A stretch of 64,000 nucleotides of DNA from Microcoleus sp. (lineage in GTDB: Bacteria > Cyanobacteriota > Cyanobacteriia > Cyanobacteriales > Microcoleaceae), in NCBI GenBank assembly GCA_052279835.1, contig CP181291.1, forward strand, positions 928,001-992,000, written 5' to 3'. Shown here piece after piece: positions 63,086 through 64,000 of the stretch. The position numbers and the translations under genes are program-made. The notes below the pieces were generated by a model. It worked only from the letters and a program-made list of their open reading frames with translations, made no database searches and had not been told where the DNA came from. Position 1 is the stretch's first letter. The number at the start of each line of letters is the position of its first letter.

Positions 63086-63435
63086 CTTTAAAACTTACAA
63101 ATACAAATGGTGAAAAGTCTGTGTTCGGTTCAATTGCCAAAAATATGTGTTTAGCTATACTAAACTAATTAGATGTCAGAAATTGCAATCGCCAAAAAGA
63201 GTCAATTTTTTTTGTCAACTATAGCGATTAAATTCCACATCGCCCCCCCTCCCAGGGAGGAAAATATAGTGACACTATGGCCGCCCTTACGGGAGACCGA
63301 TACTGTAGAATCAGAATATTTGGGCAGTGAGAGGTCAGACAAGGGCGATCGAGAGATGCCCTCCCGTCAAAAAAATCTCACTAACTTTAAGAAAAAATCT
63401 ACTTTGATTATAAATAGAAATTTATTTACAAAATT

Positions 63436-63834
63436 ATGCTCTTGTCCGAAAATCGCTATCAGCGCTATCACAAATTAAAGCAAGCACTCGAACAGCTCCA
63501 AAAAACTGCTGCACAGGATAATCTCGATCGAGCTGCACTGGTGGCGGAATACAAAAAAGTGCAACAATTTTTCGGAAACCAAATTATGACAACCGACAAC
63601 AGTGAGTTAGAGTCCTCAGAAACACCCGCAGAACAGTCCTATCTGACGGAAATTCACAAGCAACTGCGAATGTTGGGGACAGATGTCACATTTTTGCAAG
63701 CATCCCGTCAACCAGCGACAGCGACAGCCAGACAAACTGCGGCGATGGAGAGGATTAACACGCTAATTGGCTACTGTGGTGTGCTGCTGCCCAAAAATTA
63801 TGTAGCTTTAGATACCGCCCAAAAGGCAGAATAA
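63436..63834 (+). CDS. patD: PatD family protein
   Basis: QSYLTEIHKQLRML.TDV.FLQASRQ..T...R; divergent from the RSH gene as in other cyanobacteria. Confidence 0.8.
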   Translation: MLLSENRYQRYHKLKQALEQLQKTAAQDNLDRAALVAEYKKVQQFFGNQIMTTDNSELESSETPAEQSYLTEIHKQLRMLGTDVTFLQASRQPATATARQTAAMERINTLIGYCGVLLPKNYVALDTAQKAE

Positions 63835-63881
63835 ACAACTGAGTTAACGAAGAATTGAGCAGGTAAGGAGAAATTAAAGCC

Positions 63882-64000
63882 GTGGAATGTCCAAAATGCA
63901 AACATCCCAACTTAGAGGGTGGCACATTAGCCGGTGCTATTTCGGTGCAATGGTGTCCCAACTGTTATGGTATCTGGATTCCAGGCCGAGAATACGAAAC
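63882..64000 (+). CDS. zf-TFIIB-like zinc-ribbon protein (5' part only, runs off the window)
   Basis: Manual translation from the GTG at 63882: MECPKCKHPNL...WCPNCYGIWIPGREYE. Confidence 0.7.
   Translation, partial: MECPKCKHPNLEGGTLAGAISVQWCPNCYGIWIPGREYE

Noticed and set aside
63173..63478. 101-aa ORF between relA and patD
   Set aside because: No recognisable motif; it overlaps patD and occupies the divergent promoter region

Overview
Chromosomal window from a filamentous cyanobacterium, probably Oscillatoriales/Microcoleus-like. The basis is abundant HIP1 GCGATCGC octamers, heptamer STRR repeats, a CAAD-containing IleRS and the gene content. Left to right it holds: (1) the NtcA/NtcB-controlled nirA-nrtABC nitrate operon, with NirA fused to a C-terminal 2Fe-2S ferredoxin; (2) a PEP-CTERM protein and two giant paralogous RTX-tailed surface proteins with S8 domains, one with an intact triad and one missing the catalytic His and Ser; (3) a RAYT-like HUH transposase embedded in nested-palindrome REP doublets that carry outward 8-nt tandem-repeat tails; (4) an AraC regulator, a C39-like peptidase, PrxQ and a heme catalase; (5) an AT-rich candidate defence island: a DUF433/DUF5615 TA pair and a sensor-less HTH-STAND ATPase divergent from a GIY-YIG / vWA / vWA / PP2C-TPR / Ser-Thr kinase / Zn-ribbon-YbjN-like operon; (6) ileS with a CAAD insertion; (7) a restriction-modification locus whose C5 methyltransferase appears split across two overlapping reading frames, with an Xre controller and an HNH nuclease; (8) an ABC1 kinase, an orphan IS200/IS605 right-end/omegaRNA-like remnant and a tnpB; (9) housekeeping genes deoC-recO-MFS-dgdA, an MprF-like/esterase pair, NUDIX, gpsA, relA/spoT and patD. 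The best candidates for an undescribed system are the phospho-signalling/nuclease operon at 32.2-39.3 kb, the two-frame methyltransferase R-M locus and the REP-STRR tail architecture. All family assignments come from motif recognition by eye; no database search was run.
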